Shown piece by piece: positions 43,105 through 55,274 of a stretch of 64,000 nt of DNA. The notes beneath the pieces were generated by a model, which ran no database searches, was not told where the DNA came from, and worked only from the letters and a program-made list of their open reading frames with translations. The stretch lies in the NCBI GenBank assembly GCA_963833425.1, contig CAWHXP010000002.1:160001-224000 (forward strand). Reading direction: 5' to 3'. The stretch is from an uncultured Methanosarcinaceae archaeon (lineage in GTDB: Archaea > Halobacteriota > Methanosarcinia > Methanosarcinales > Methanosarcinaceae). Made by a program: the position numbers and the translations under genes. How positions within the stretch are numbered: position 1 is the stretch's first letter; every line of letters starts with the position of its first letter.

Positions 43105-43734
43105 ATGAATAAAAAGACTGTTCAAGTTGACGGAATAAGCATCGAACCGGATGATAACGCGAAAACCATTTCTATTCAAGATGCTAGACGTATGTTCATA
43201 GGAGCAAAAGGTTGAGAAAAAGTGACCATTCAGGATATAGCAGATTCAGCCAATGTAAGTATAGGCCTGATTCATAAATATTTTCCAGACGGAGAATTTG
43301 ATATCCTTAAAGGAATCAATCACCAATATACAGACGAACTGTTGATGATAAAGCAGCCAGAAAATGTTGATTTCAATGATTTTCCAGGATACATGAAAAC
43401 TATCATCAAAAATCTGCAACAACTCAATAAAAACAATAGCTCTTTGGTAAAGGCATTGACAATTGCTACACCTACTGATGGTGAAATTCTAGATGAAATC
43501 AAAAAGATGGACTTTAAAGACTACAAAGCGGCAGCTGATTTTTTTGCCCGTTTCAATAACGTTAAAATAGGGAGTAAGGATCCTTTAGAACTCCTGATGC
43601 ACTGGGGAATTATGGTAAAAGTCACTATTCTCCTTAACATGATATATCCAGTGCCTTTAACGAATGAAGAAGCTTTGACTGATTTAATGGTCGATTTATC
43701 GTTGACTATATGGGGCTACCAGAAAACACCATAA
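43105..43734 (+). pseudogene. TetR-family regulator with in-frame TGA
   Basis: ATG at 43105 is in frame with the 43222 ORF; TGA at 43213 in KG*EKVTIQDIADSANVSIGLIHKYF (HTH). Confidence 0.75.
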
Positions 43735-44659
43735 TCTTTTCCCAGTCAGAGCCACCTTGAAAGCTATCGATTTCAAAATTTAGGCTTTACATAAATCCGG
43801 ATGTCAAAAAAGTCATGTGTACATACCTATTTACTTATTTTATCAAGTATCTATTCCTTTATTTTCAGTTTCTTGATCTAGATTCAGACATTAATCACGA
43901 AAAATAACTCCAAAAATGCAAGTGGGTAATATTTAAGCGAAATTAAAATTGACCTGGGACATTTTTTAGTTCAAATTCTAAATCTATAATAAATTGGAGA
44001 GGAAAGTACTGCTGATGCTGCACACATCAACAGTATCTAATTTACTGTATGAGGATTTGTTCGTCTGTTCGACGAAACAATATTTGTTTTAGTACATTAT
44101 AAGCTTTTTACATAAGTATTCCGTCTTTCAAATATGATCTTTCTATTGGATAGAAACGCAGCTATTCGGGTACTTTATATGTTTTACATAATAGTTAATT
44201 TTTGCAACGCTCAGACCCGTACCCTATGTTCCATCACAATGCAAATAAGCGGTCTTTGGATGTCCTTTTACTAGATATACTATTTTTATTGTAATTTCTC
44301 CCCCCTTTTGCCACATCCACAGTTTGTTGGTTTATTGAATTATCGTCTGTATCCGAATCTGGAACTCTTAGAGCTTCTGGGATTCCTAGAACATTAGAGT
44401 TTATGGAAAACTTGGAACTAATTAAACTAAACCACAAGCATAAATAGAAAATTTCAGTAAAAAAATAATATTAGAGTACTCTAAACAAAACTAAAGTACA
44501 AATGGTGTTGAAGACATCAAGCTTTTTTGATTCCCTTTGAATAGTTCTTTTAATATCCAATCTATACGAAAAAGCTGGCATCTAAAATACCACAAAATAT
44601 AATTTGTTTAAAAGAAAATAAGTCTCGAAAAACAATACAATTAATCATTAAGAAAGGAG

Positions 44660-44899
44660 ATGCGTTTTATGAGCAGATTTAGAAAGGTATTGACTATCTC
44701 ACTGGCAGTCTTATTTTTAGTATCATTGACGATAGCAGCATCGGGGGCTGAACCATCTCACGAGCACAAACATTTGGATCGTGTCCATTTGGGTGACAAC
44801 TATCATAATGACCATGACGATCATAACAACCATCACCATGATAATAATGACTGTTGGGCGTGGAGTCCTACCAAAGAACAATGGGTATATATCTGTTAA
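44660..44899 (+). CDS. Small secreted His/Asp/Asn-rich protein with C-terminal CWAWSPTKEQWVYIC
   Basis: AGGAG upstream (start may be ATG 44669), signal peptide, low-complexity His tract. Confidence 0.75.
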   Translation: MRFMSRFRKVLTISLAVLFLVSLTIAASGAEPSHEHKHLDRVHLGDNYHNDHDDHNNHHHDNNDCWAWSPTKEQWVYIC

Positions 44900-44964
44900 T
44901 AGTAATGATGATAAAAACTGCATAAATTAAATAGATGTAACTAAAATATCGATACAGGTTTTAC

Positions 44965-45146
44965 GGTTCCGTTGCAAAAATGATATTTCTACATTTGGCT
45001 CCGTTGCAAAAAATCTGACTCTCTTGCAAAATCAGAAAAAATCTTCACAATTCGGAAAGTTAAATATTTCAATCCGAGCGAAAATGATACATAAAGGTAA
45101 AATTTATAGTGCCAAAATGCAGAAATATTATTTTTGCAACGGAAAC
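44965..45146. mobile_element. IS6-derived MITE (44997-45146) preceded by a 32-bp extra end (44965-44996)
   Basis: GGTTCCGTTGCAAAAA at 44965, GGCTCCGTTGCAAAAAA at 44997, TTTTTGCAACGGAAAC ending at 45146; no ORF. Confidence 0.8.
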
Positions 45147-45711
45147 AAAAAGAGTATATAGAAGGGCCGGAGTGATTAAACCCTTCCTAAAATTTATTAT
45201 TTTGTGTTCTGCAGTGGAAATTTTCTATTTACCTTTAAAGGCATATATATCGAATATATTCTAAAAAAGTGGATTTGATATTACGCCAATTTGAAAGGGA
45301 ATATATTGAAGGGAAAATGAGGAAACCCTTCTAAGACATGTGGTATTTTGTTTGAGAAACCTGAAACTATCCATCGGCTTGCACTTATAGATAAGGAGTT
45401 TCACCACCACAGGAATTCCACTACCAAAGGTTCAATGAATAAATTTCAGATCTACTTATTTTTCTAGATCTTTTGGATAGACATATGTATGTACAACAAA
45501 CTCATATTCATTATTTTTCTTTTTTTTTCATATTTCATAATACCAAACTTAAAAAAAATATTACTTACCAGATTTACATCAAAAATAGTAATGAAGATTT
45601 TACATTGAGAATTACATAGTTTTTCAAATAAAATTTCTTGATTTTCTAAGTCACAAAACCAGCAGTTTACCATGCTACCTTGTATCCGAAAACGGTATTC
45701 TAACATTCTCA

Positions 45712-45727
45712 GGTTCCGTTGCAAAAA
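45712..45727. mobile_element. Solo IS6-type terminal repeat
   Basis: GGTTCCGTTGCAAAAA. Confidence 0.65.
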
Positions 45728-45760
45728 TATATAGGATAAAATTGATAATAAGTCAAATTG

Positions 45761-45791
45761 ATGCATAGGTTTTATAGCAAAATCTATGCAT
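45761..45791. repeat. 31-bp palindromic site family copy (near-perfect)
   Basis: ATGCATAGGTTTT-ATAGC-AAAATCTATGCAT. Confidence 0.88.
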
Positions 45792-45999
45792 TTTCTCAAC
45801 CTCACGGAGAAGATTTCTGCACTGAATTCCAAAGATTAATCGAACATTAGTTTTAAATACTGAATACAAAGTATAATTATAAAACTAATTCCATAAGTAA
45901 TGACTTAAATACATGATCATGAGGCCACATGACAGTCAATATCTCCATTAATTCAAACGACAAAAAAACGAAAGATATAGCACATTTCTCAAAAATTAT

Positions 46000-46261
46000 A
46001 TGGCAGCATCTTCTGAAACTTACACAAAAATAAAATATAAGTTATCTGGGTATTTTTATTTCTGACATTCACGGGGAATAAAAAGAGGATAGTGACCTCA
46101 TTATTCCTGTAGGATCCTCCAAAGAACCTGACATCTTAGAATCCATTGAGCTCAAGCAGGAGCTATCAGAAATAATTGGCATAGAAATGGATCTTGTTAT
46201 GAAAAGTACTTTAAAATCGATGACTAGGTAAGGGATTCTTGAAAAGGTTGTACAGATATGA
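46000..46261 (+). pseudogene. Minimal nucleotidyltransferase (MNT) antitoxin remnant
   Basis: HGE*KEDSDL...IELKQELSEIIGIEMDLVMKSTLK with stops; stop codon overlaps the HEPN ATG; 5' boundary approximate. Confidence 0.7.
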
Positions 46262-46610
46262 TTGAGTGTGATGTAGGAAATTATTTGCAGGATATCCTTG
46301 AGACGATTGAAAGTTGTGAACGTTTTATTAAAGGAATGGATTTTGACTAATTTATTTCCGATGAAAAAACAATTTTTGCCGTAAATCATGCACTTGAAAT
46401 CATTGGAGAAGCAACAAAACATATTCCTGAAGAGGTGAGAAAGGAATACCCAATCGTTCCTTGGAGAAAAATGGCTGGAATTAGGAATGTTATAGTTCAC
46501 GCTTACTTTGGTATAAATTTGAATGTTGTTTGAAATACTGCGAATATAAGATTTCCTGAACTGAAAAGGACATTAAAAAAAATAGTGAAAGAAAAAAAGA
46601 GCAATGAAAT
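46258..46610 (+). pseudogene. HEPN/DUF86 (HepT-like) toxin remnant
   Basis: YLQDILE...D*F...LEIIGEATKHIPEEVRKEYPIVPWRKMAGIRNVIVHAYFG..VV*; Rx4H motif; two internal stops. Confidence 0.82.
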
Positions 46611-46698
46611 TAATATATATGGAAATTTTGGTGAGGTAGAGACTACCACACTTGTACCGAAAATATCTTTTTAATATTTGGCTTATACATCAAAAATT

Positions 46699-46965
46699 TT
46701 ACAAACGGCCCATCTTGATATATAGCTTTGCCAATTGGTCTGGATCGCCAATAAATACAATTTCGCTTTTGGGACCACCACGACCACGGCTAGATTTGTT
46801 TGCGTTTATTATGCCCATCAGTTTAAATTTAGACACTTTTTGAGATATGTGGGCTAATGATAGTGGTTTTTCTTCTCCAAATTGGCACATATCGATATAA
46901 ATCCGATATATATCACCAGTAACAATGAATTTTCCTTTTTTGAGATATTTTTCGGTATTCAACAT
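46699..46965 (-). pseudogene. Isolated Orc1/Cdc6-like C-terminal winged-helix fragment
   Basis: TGDIYRIY..MC....KPLS...ISQKVSKFKLMGII....SRGRGG..SEI resembles the Cdc6 WH domain; no AAA+ domain upstream. Confidence 0.6.
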
Positions 46966-47441
46966 GCCTTAAAATTTATATCGAAAAGTGTGAAGATTTG
47001 AACCGATCAAAATTGTGAAAATTAAAAAGCAATTGACAATTTTTCTGATAGCATAATAAATAAAGAGAGAAAATCAAGTTTATGGAACGGATTATATGTC
47101 AATGATGTGCATAATTAAGGTGGGAATGAATTTTAATATGAATAGTACTTACATAGTTTAAGGATGAAAAAAGTACATCTGGCTTCTCAATAATCATTTA
47201 AATTTAGACGATTAAGTGCTTAATGTTGTCATTTTTTTCAATTCAATTGTGTAAGCTTTAATAAAAATAGGCATTCAAATAAAGATCGCATTTCGCTACT
47301 CTAAATAATTGGTACTATATTTTCAAATATGCGGTTAATGTTGCATAATTTATTAAAGTAACTCTGAATTTCAATCCCTCAAACAATCAATCTAAACTAA
47401 TAAAGGGAAATCATAAAATATAAATTTTAATTGGTGATTTT

Positions 47442-48698
47442 ATGGTCCAACTTGACTATGATCTAAATGATGAAGAGAAACTTCTTTTAAAGAAAGTCTT
47501 TGATGGTGATATAGCTTTTCGCAAGATTGAAGAATTTACAGATCCACTAACAGCGGTAAAACTTCGAAGGCTCGCGATACAGAAGTTTACAAAACTCGAA
47601 TTCGAGCATATCCAGAATTTTTCCCTTGATGTGGAGACTGCAAAGATGAAGAATATTGAAAATATGATAGGTGCAGTACAAGTTCCTCTTGGAGTTGCTG
47701 GGCTTTTAAAAATCAACGGAGAATATGCAAACTCTGAATATTATATTCCTCTTGCCACAACTGAAGGGGGCCTTGTTGCCAGTGTAAATCGGGGTTGTTC
47801 GGTTATCACAAAGTCAGGGGGAGCAAATGTAAGGATTTTTGAAGACGAGATGACTAGAGCTCCTGTTTTTAAGCTTGATAGTATCGAAAGGACTAAAAAA
47901 TTTTATGAGTGGGTAAAGCGTCCTGAAATTTTTGACCAAATGAAAATAATTGCTGAAAAAACGACTCGTTTTGGAAAGCTAATTTCTGTAAAGCCCTTCG
48001 TGACTGGTACTTATGTGTACCTTAGATTCTCATACGATACAAAAGATGCCATGGGTATGAACATGGTGACTATAGCTACTGATGCAGTACTACACCTGAT
48101 AGAAGACGAATTTGGAGCGCAAGCTATTACCCTTTCAGGAAACATGTGTACAGATAAAAAACCGGCTTCTATAAGCACAATTCTTGGAAGAGGAAAGACT
48201 GTTGTAGCTGACGTTACTATTCCAAAAGAAATCGTCAAGGAAACTTTGAAATGCACACCAGATGCCATGTTTGAGGTAAATTACAGTAAAAATCTTTTAG
48301 GCTCTGCGAGAGCAGGATCACTTGGCTTCAATGCCCATGCTGCGAATATTATAGCTGCCATTTATATAGCATGTGGACAGGACGCAGCTCATGTTGTTGA
48401 GGGCAGCACTGCGATTACGAGCATGGAACTAACTGGGTATGAAGAAATTCACTGCTCTGTTACCTTGCCTACTCTACCTGTAGGAACCGTAGGAGGAGGT
48501 ACTGGTCTTGGAACTCAGAGAGATTGCCTTAATATTCTTGATGTTTCAGGTGAAAGTAACATTCCTGGGGCGAATTCTCGAAAATTTGCAGAGATAGTAG
48601 CTTCTGCTGTGCTTGCAGGAGAAATTTCCCTCATAGGAGCCCAAGCTGCCGGACATTTGGCCCGAGCTCATGCCCAACTGGGTCGTGGAAAGTTCTAA
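47442..48698 (+). CDS. hmgA: HMG-CoA reductase (NADPH, class I)
   Basis: ENMIG, PLATTEG, DAMGMNM, DKK, GQDAAH and GTVGGGT motifs. Confidence 0.97.
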   Translation: MVQLDYDLNDEEKLLLKKVFDGDIAFRKIEEFTDPLTAVKLRRLAIQKFTKLEFEHIQNFSLDVETAKMKNIENMIGAVQVPLGVAGLLKINGEYANSEYYIPLATTEGGLVASVNRGCSVITKSGGANVRIFEDEMTRAPVFKLDSIERTKKFYEWVKRPEIFDQMKIIAEKTTRFGKLISVKPFVTGTYVYLRFSYDTKDAMGMNMVTIATDAVLHLIEDEFGAQAITLSGNMCTDKKPASISTILGRGKTVVADVTIPKEIVKETLKCTPDAMFEVNYSKNLLGSARAGSLGFNAHAANIIAAIYIACGQDAAHVVEGSTAITSMELTGYEEIHCSVTLPTLPVGTVGGGTGLGTQRDCLNILDVSGESNIPGANSRKFAEIVASAVLAGEISLIGAQAAGHLARAHAQLGRGKF

Positions 48699-49246
48699 AA
48701 CGATGGATTGATGCTTTAAATTATTAACTGATAAAAAAGAAACAAATATTGTTAATAGACGAGGTTTAATTAAAATCGGCCAACTTAAATTTGCTATTGA
48801 ATCTTATTAAAGGTGGCTACAAATATTCTTTTCCACGGCTGAATGGTTACCTTATATTAAGAATTATATTTTAAAAAATAAAATCCTTATCTACTTTAAA
48901 TTAGGAAACAAGGATATTATAAGCCGTAAATCTGATAAAACGCTGAATGGGTTTTTATCCAATGCATGATTTTAATAGGTAATACTATATAGAAGAAGAA
49001 ATATTTAAGAATTTATTATTTTCTGTCTATGTGTCTGTAGTATCCGATCACTCCCAAGATTCCTGGAATATACAAGTTTCTACCGATTTTACGCCGGTAT
49101 ATATGAAAATATAGTGAAAATATAGACTAAAGGCAGTCAATTTTATTGGCATCGATTTTCAAATAAGGAATCTCAGTAAAAATGGTTTTATAAAAATGTA
49201 AATATGAGTATTTCAAGTTAGGTAAAATGATCTTATAATTTACTGT

Positions 49247-49298
49247 TAGACCTGTGCATTTTCTCAACCGCACGGAGGATAATTCTGGCACTTAATTC
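49247..49298. repeat. Half palindromic site plus flank homologous to 45779-45830
   Basis: CCTGTGCATTTTCTCAACCGCACGGAG versus TCTATGCATTTTCTCAACCTCACGGAG. Confidence 0.6.
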
Positions 49299-49616
49299 TT
49301 TTCCTGAATCAGAAAATTGGTTGAAGAATGTGGTTATAATGCTATATATTGGAGTCTCTTTAGAAGAAAATACTGAAAAAAGATATGAAGTGTTATAGGG
49401 TAAGAAGGGGTGTTGTAGAAAGGACACATTCGTGGATGAATCGATTCAAAAGACTGCTTATAATATGGAAAAATAAAATTGACAATTACTCGATTATGTT
49501 CCATTTAGCATGTGTATGGATAACCTTTAGTGAAGCGGGACTTTTAGGATAGGCTCTTAACAAATTTGGATGAAAATTTTGTTGTTCATTCAAAATTGGA
49601 GAAGAAATAATATAAA

Positions 49617-50534
49617 TTAGAAAGATTCTTTAATAATATCGTTTCTAGCAGTGAGGTAAGACTGCTCTGCAATTTCCATACTACCCTTAAGATCAGTAAT
49701 TTTCATATCAAATTTACTGGCAAATTCCTTAACGTTTTCATCAAATTCAGGATTATTCGCAAATCCGGTATCTATTTTTGCAGTCATGCAATAAAGAGAG
49801 TTTTTCAGATACTTATTGTTAAAATCCCTCCCTTGAGCTTTATTTTCCAGCCGCTTCCAGCTTGAAGCCCACATTGGAGTCAGATAAATTGTTCCTATAC
49901 CTCTGAATTCGAGCATGCATCTGGCATAAGCCTCATTTCCTCCGAGAGCTAAACTGATGCAGTCTTCTATCATCTCTCCGTTTTCATCCTTCAGAAAAGA
50001 AAGCGAACATCCAAGATCTGCAAAGTCTTCTTTCAGTTTCCCTAATGTATGCCCACAACTACCATAGAATATTAATATATTATCCGAAAAGTGAGCCATT
50101 TCTCTCACATTTTCGTACACTTTTGCCTTCAATTGCTCAAGATCAGAGTGTAGGTCTTGTCTTAATAGGTTTACTACAACAGTTACCGTTTTCTTTTTTA
50201 TTAGTTCTCTCTTGTTGTGAATTTTATTGAAAATAGGTGGTAAAGAAAAAAATTTTAAACTTTTTCTTGATTTTAGGTTGTCTGTATCTTCGAGAAGCAT
50301 TTGGACTCTATCCAGGAAGACTTTTCTGGGAGTACAGTTTTTCGACTTAAGCTTTCGAAGGAATTCTAAATTGCCCCGGTTTTCCACAACTATTAGCTGC
50401 TTAAGTTCAGAATCTTTCGATAATACGTGTACTAACTCATCTTCAAGCATTCCACAGGCAATAATACTCATTACAGGCATATTCTCGAATTTTCTCCTGA
50501 AGTGTTTATTAGGTCTCATCAACGGTTGGTCCAA
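49617..50534 (-). CDS. DUF1638-domain protein
   Basis: IIACGMLEDE, LH, FYGSCG, DCISLALGG, YLTPMW and KIDTG motifs. Confidence 0.82.
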   Translation of the reverse strand: MDQPLMRPNKHFRRKFENMPVMSIIACGMLEDELVHVLSKDSELKQLIVVENRGNLEFLRKLKSKNCTPRKVFLDRVQMLLEDTDNLKSRKSLKFFSLPPIFNKIHNKRELIKKKTVTVVVNLLRQDLHSDLEQLKAKVYENVREMAHFSDNILIFYGSCGHTLGKLKEDFADLGCSLSFLKDENGEMIEDCISLALGGNEAYARCMLEFRGIGTIYLTPMWASSWKRLENKAQGRDFNNKYLKNSLYCMTAKIDTGFANNPEFDENVKEFASKFDMKITDLKGSMEIAEQSYLTARNDIIKESF

Positions 50535-51160
50535 GTCTAAAGAGTATCAGATTAGAGCCTATCCAAAAAGTCAATGATACATTTATGAAATAACAAAATG
50601 TCAGTGTATTAAAAGTTCTATAAAATATGATTGGCTATTTATCCTTTTCTTTCAATGCAAAAAGTTGGATGCTGAGCTAATAGTTTTACTGACCCAGCTT
50701 TTATTTCAATTGATTTTACTAACGGCTAGGTTTTGAAGTAAAACATATATAATCTCGACGTCAAAGTTTCGCCCCTATCTCTGTACTATTAATAAAATCT
50801 CAATACAATCTCAAATTTGTAAGTATAGGGATACCCATACCCTTTTGATTTTAGACAAGCTTATTCTTTTTAATACTTTTTTGCATTTACTGTGCATGTA
50901 ATTGGTCAAATAAGGTATAATTTATATCTGTAGTGGAAAGATCGAGTTATCAAAAATCTAGGCAAAAATTTGACCATTCACTATTTTGTGTTGTTTAAGA
51001 ATGATTCCCGAATTTAAAAGTGGCTCTATAAAATTGATGCTGAAAGCTGTCGAATTGTCATTTATATCTCTTAGATATACTAAATTAAATGTATGCTAAT
51101 GTTTTATATTTGATCAATAAATTACAGCTTTAGCTATATGATTTATGAGGTGATTACCAA

Positions 51161-51320
51161 ATGGAATTTAAAAAGACCATGACTATTTTGTTAGTTGTTT
51201 TCGTTATATCTTCATTGGTAGCTTAGCAGTAAGTTCAAGCCTAAGGTGGCTGTAAAAGTAGATCAGTAATAGTTGTAGGTTGAAGATACTGCCGATACCG
51301 ACGGTAGTGGTGGATTAAAC
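51161..51320 (+). pseudogene. Decayed small secreted protein (shared leader family)
   Basis: GAGGTGA RBS then MEFKKTMTILLVVFVISSLVA*; 3' boundary approximate. Confidence 0.4.
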
Positions 51321-52808
51321 TGTATTTCCACCCTATTTTAAAAATTAGAATTGCTGCAATTTTTCTTTTCAAGGTGATATGCTTATTATTTATTCTATTA
51401 CCTTTGTCTCTTCTTCTGCAAGAGTGCCCTTTTTTCTACAAAGGTCAAAATTTCATTCTTCAGTGATTAAGCTGTTTGTGAGCTTCTCCATAACAAATCC
51501 CACATTTTACCATGTCATTTTACCTCCGTTTTTCAATTTTAGATGCACCAACCCATATTATTCGGCGAGTCATTTATTTACACTTAATAGGAATCAAAAT
51601 ATATTAAATGTATTCAGGTATCTTTAAAAATATACATCGGAACGATCTGGAAATTTATGGTAAAAATTTAGGAATAAAGCAAATATGTATAAGCGTGTGA
51701 ACAGGTTAGCAAGGAGAAGGGCGACAATTCTAAAAATCCTGAAAAATCTGAAAATCTGGGACTGGCAGAGATAAAGGCTATATGGGAAAATTTTTCAGAA
51801 ATGCATAGTGGTATTAAAACAATGGTGAAATATTCTAACAGGCTGCGTTTCGAAAATGCTCCTAAAAGTTCAGGGCAGGAATATTCGAGTGCTCTTCAAA
51901 ATCACCTTTTTGAAGATTTAGAGACTGGACTGAATGGAACATGGTGGAAAAATGGCATGAAAATAAAATTACACTTCTGCTTTTATAGCTCTTGTACAAG
52001 ATAATGCAGAGTTTGTTAACAAAAACAAAGTAAATACACCCTTATTTCGGACAACAGAAAAAACTGGATGAACTGGAATGCGGAACCCCTGATAGGAAAT
52101 GCGAGAAGTGCTTTTCCGAAATTTCGAGTCTCTTCATAAAACACATCAACTTCATGCGTTATTGGAGATTTATGAAAATAATTCAGGACAAAAGCCTGAT
52201 ATTTAGCTCTCAAAACAAGTGTCTTTATGAACGAAATCCATGAGTTGGCCTCAATAACCAGCGTCTGGAAATTCTAGAAGCTGTCACCTTCGAACCAAAA
52301 AGTTTTTTTGTCTTTCACAAACTTACTGTTCTTATAGGAGGAAACTTACTCTTTCATCTCCAAAACTAATTGACTACGAACTAATTCTGCAGCAGCACGA
52401 AAGATGAGATTATATGACCACTAAAAAGGTTCAAAATTCTGCAGGGTTTGAACGAAATATATTTTTCACTCCAATATTTCCCACAACAGAGCTCCACAGA
52501 AAATACATTCAGAAGGAGAAGAAAGCCAGATTTGACTTTTTGATTATGTTCCACATTTTATCCTAATAATTATTTGTGCTCTTGATTCATAAGGTTCTGA
52601 AAGATCTTGATCTTGCAGGGATATCCTTATCCTGGAACCTAGAAAAAAACTAGCTAAATGAGCGAAAAAGGATTCATGTTACCAGAAACGGAACTCTGGT
52701 ATGCAAATCTGCTGTTTCAACAAATACATTAATAATGAGTTATGACTATTCACTTACGCTCAGCTTCACTTTTACATCCCATTTAATTTTCCTTATCAAG
52801 GTGAATTT

Positions 52809-54143
52809 ATGTCTTTAGCAAATCTTAGAACACATTACACAGCCGATATCAAACCCGACAAAATAGTAGCTGGCCAGAAAATAACCCTTGCAGGCTGGGT
52901 CCATGAGATCAGAGATCTAGGTGGAATCTGTTTTATAGTGATCCGTGACCGTGAGGGGAAGGCTCAGGTTACAATGGTAAAGAAAAAAATTGATAAAGAT
53001 TTATTTGATGCTGCAAGGAAACTTGTCCGCGAATCAGTAATCACAGTAATCGGATCTGTCAAGTTTGAAGAAAAAGCTCCAAATGGATACGAACTGCTTC
53101 CTGATGAGATTCGTGTCCTAAATATTGCAGGATCTCCATTACCAATGGATACAACTGGAAAAGTTGAAGCTGAATTGGACACAAGACTTGACTCCCGCTT
53201 TATAGATTTACGACGAGAAGAGACAACTGCGGTTTTCAAGATAAGACACCAGGTTCTTCAAGCTACCAGGGAATACTTCATAAAACACAAATTTATCGAA
53301 ACCTCAACTCCAAAGGTTGTGGCAACTGCAACAGAAGGTGGAACTGCACTTTTTCCGATCACTTATTTTGACAGAGAAGCTTTTCTGAACCAGAGCCCTC
53401 AGCTTTTCAAGCAAATACTCATGAGCGGTGGTTTTGACAGGGTCTTTGAGATCGGCCCGATTTTCAGGGCAGAGGAACACGATACTCGCAGGCATTTGAA
53501 CGAAGCCACCTCTATAGACGTTGAAGTTAGCTTTGCAGACCATTTCGATGTAATGGAAATTCTGGAAAACCTAGTGGCTTATATCTACAGCCGAGTTATC
53601 AAAAACTGTCAATATTCTCTTAAAGTCCTAGGAATCGAACTAAAGGTTCCGACGATACCTTTCCCGAAGCTTACCTACGATGAAGTAATCAGCATCATTA
53701 ACGCCCAGTCGGAAGAAAAAATGCACTGGAAAGATGATATCGGAACTCTAGGAGAGCATATTGTGGGCGATTATGTCTACGAGACTACAGGCGAGTCCCA
53801 CTATTTTATCATTGATTGGCCTACAGAGATTAAACCATTCTATGCCATGCCTTATGAGGACAAGCCTGAGCTAAGTAAATCATTTGATATGATGCATCGC
53901 ACAATGGAACTTTCCTCAGGAGCTCAACGTGTTCATATCCCAGATTTGCTTAAGAGCCGAATCGAATCTCAGGGCATGAATTCTGACAACTTTGAGTTTT
54001 ATCTTAAGGCTTTTGAATATGGTATGCCCCCTCATGCTGGTTGGGGTCTGGGTTGTGAACGATTTGTCATGACAATGCTCGGAACAGACAACATAAGGGA
54101 TACGGTGCTCTTTCCTAGAGACAGGAGAAGACTTTCTCCCTGA
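52809..54143 (+). CDS. aspS: Aspartate--tRNA(Asp/Asn) ligase, archaeal, probably non-discriminating
   Basis: [25 protein letters not shown] and FPRD motifs; GWVH and KAPNG carry the His/Pro signature of ND-AspRS. Confidence 0.97.
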   Translation: MSLANLRTHYTADIKPDKIVAGQKITLAGWVHEIRDLGGICFIVIRDREGKAQVTMVKKKIDKDLFDAARKLVRESVITVIGSVKFEEKAPNGYELLPDEIRVLNIAGSPLPMDTTGKVEAELDTRLDSRFIDLRREETTAVFKIRHQVLQATREYFIKHKFIETSTPKVVATATEGGTALFPITYFDREAFLNQSPQLFKQILMSGGFDRVFEIGPIFRAEEHDTRRHLNEATSIDVEVSFADHFDVMEILENLVAYIYSRVIKNCQYSLKVLGIELKVPTIPFPKLTYDEVISIINAQSEEKMHWKDDIGTLGEHIVGDYVYETTGESHYFIIDWPTEIKPFYAMPYEDKPELSKSFDMMHRTMELSSGAQRVHIPDLLKSRIESQGMNSDNFEFYLKAFEYGMPPHAGWGLGCERFVMTMLGTDNIRDTVLFPRDRRRLSP

Positions 54144-54231
54144 GGTTCTTAATTTTGAATTTTGAACAATTTTTCGATCTTAAGAATATTTATAATTATT
54201 TTTTCAATATTCTTACCTAAAGGAAATACAT

Positions 54232-54930
54232 ATGGCGGAAAGAAATATATCAACTGACTCCGTGGAAAAACGTGCAGCTGGCACTGCAGCATCGCTAGTA
54301 GTGGAATCAGGAATGGTAGTGGGACTCGGGACAGGCTCAACAGTTGCGAATACTATAAGAGAACTCGGCAGACGGATATGTGAAGATGGACTCGAGATCC
54401 TTGGTGTTGTTACATCTTACCAGTCTGAAATGCTTGCAATAGAAGCTGGTATCCCTTTGACTACACTTGCCCAGCATCCGGCAGTGGATCTTGCTATTGA
54501 TGGAGCTGACCAGATTGATTCAAATCTTTACGCGATCAAAGGTCAAGGAGCAGCTCATACAAGGGAAAAAATAGTCTCACTTTCAGCGAAACGTTTTCTG
54601 ATCGTAGCTGACGAATCAAAAATAAGTTTGCATCTTAATAAGGAAGTGCCAGTAGAAGTCCTGCCCTTTGCAAAAGAACTTGTGATGAGAAATATATTTG
54701 ACATGGGGGGAAAGCCAGAGCTGAGACTTGCTTTGAGAAAAGATGGGCCTGTGATAACCGATAATGGGAACTTAGTAATCGATTCTAGATTTGGTATAAT
54801 ATATAATCCTGAAAGGCTTTCTCTTCAACTATCTTTAATTCCTGGAGTTGTGGAGCATGGAATTTTTTCCAATGTAAATGAGCTTTATATAGGGAAAAAA
54901 GATGGATCAGTGGAAATAGTCAGGAAATAA
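54232..54930 (+). CDS. rpiA: Ribose-5-phosphate isomerase A
   Basis: GLGTGST, DGADQ, REKIV, PVEVLP, TDNGN and PGVVEHGIF motifs. Confidence 0.95.
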   Translation: MAERNISTDSVEKRAAGTAASLVVESGMVVGLGTGSTVANTIRELGRRICEDGLEILGVVTSYQSEMLAIEAGIPLTTLAQHPAVDLAIDGADQIDSNLYAIKGQGAAHTREKIVSLSAKRFLIVADESKISLHLNKEVPVEVLPFAKELVMRNIFDMGGKPELRLALRKDGPVITDNGNLVIDSRFGIIYNPERLSLQLSLIPGVVEHGIFSNVNELYIGKKDGSVEIVRK

Positions 54931-55274
54931 TGGATACAACTCTTGGATGAGTAAAGCATAATCACGGGCTATCAAACTGTTCTATAGTTCTTGAGACGAA
55001 AAACTTATAGGAAGAATAAAATCGCAAAGGAATGCTTTTTGTTATCTTTCAGAATACGCTGAGGAAACATATTTTTATACTTAAGGATTGGTATTTGTAA
55101 TAGGTATGTTTTTATAGAAGTATTATCAGTAATTCCTGAGCAAATACTGCTTTGTATCAAGCAATCATTAAATCACTTTTTCATGTTGATCTACTGCTAA
55201 ATTGACCACAATTTAGAACAACTGCAAATTAAGTTCTTTAATAAAACACTATATTTTAAGGAGGTTTTTTCTAG

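Noticed and set aside
43213..43215. Recoding of the in-frame stop in tetR (also the kinase TGA near 60878)
   Set aside because: Both are TGA rather than the pyrrolysine codon TAG, and they fall where Tyr/Gly is expected rather than Cys. The kinase also has frameshifts.
46069..46500. 143-aa minus-strand ORF
   Set aside because: Antisense to the MNT/HEPN pseudogenes, which are recognisable on the plus strand.
51630..52450. Coding-like fragments upstream of aspS
   Set aside because: Probably a decayed gene, but no family could be assigned.
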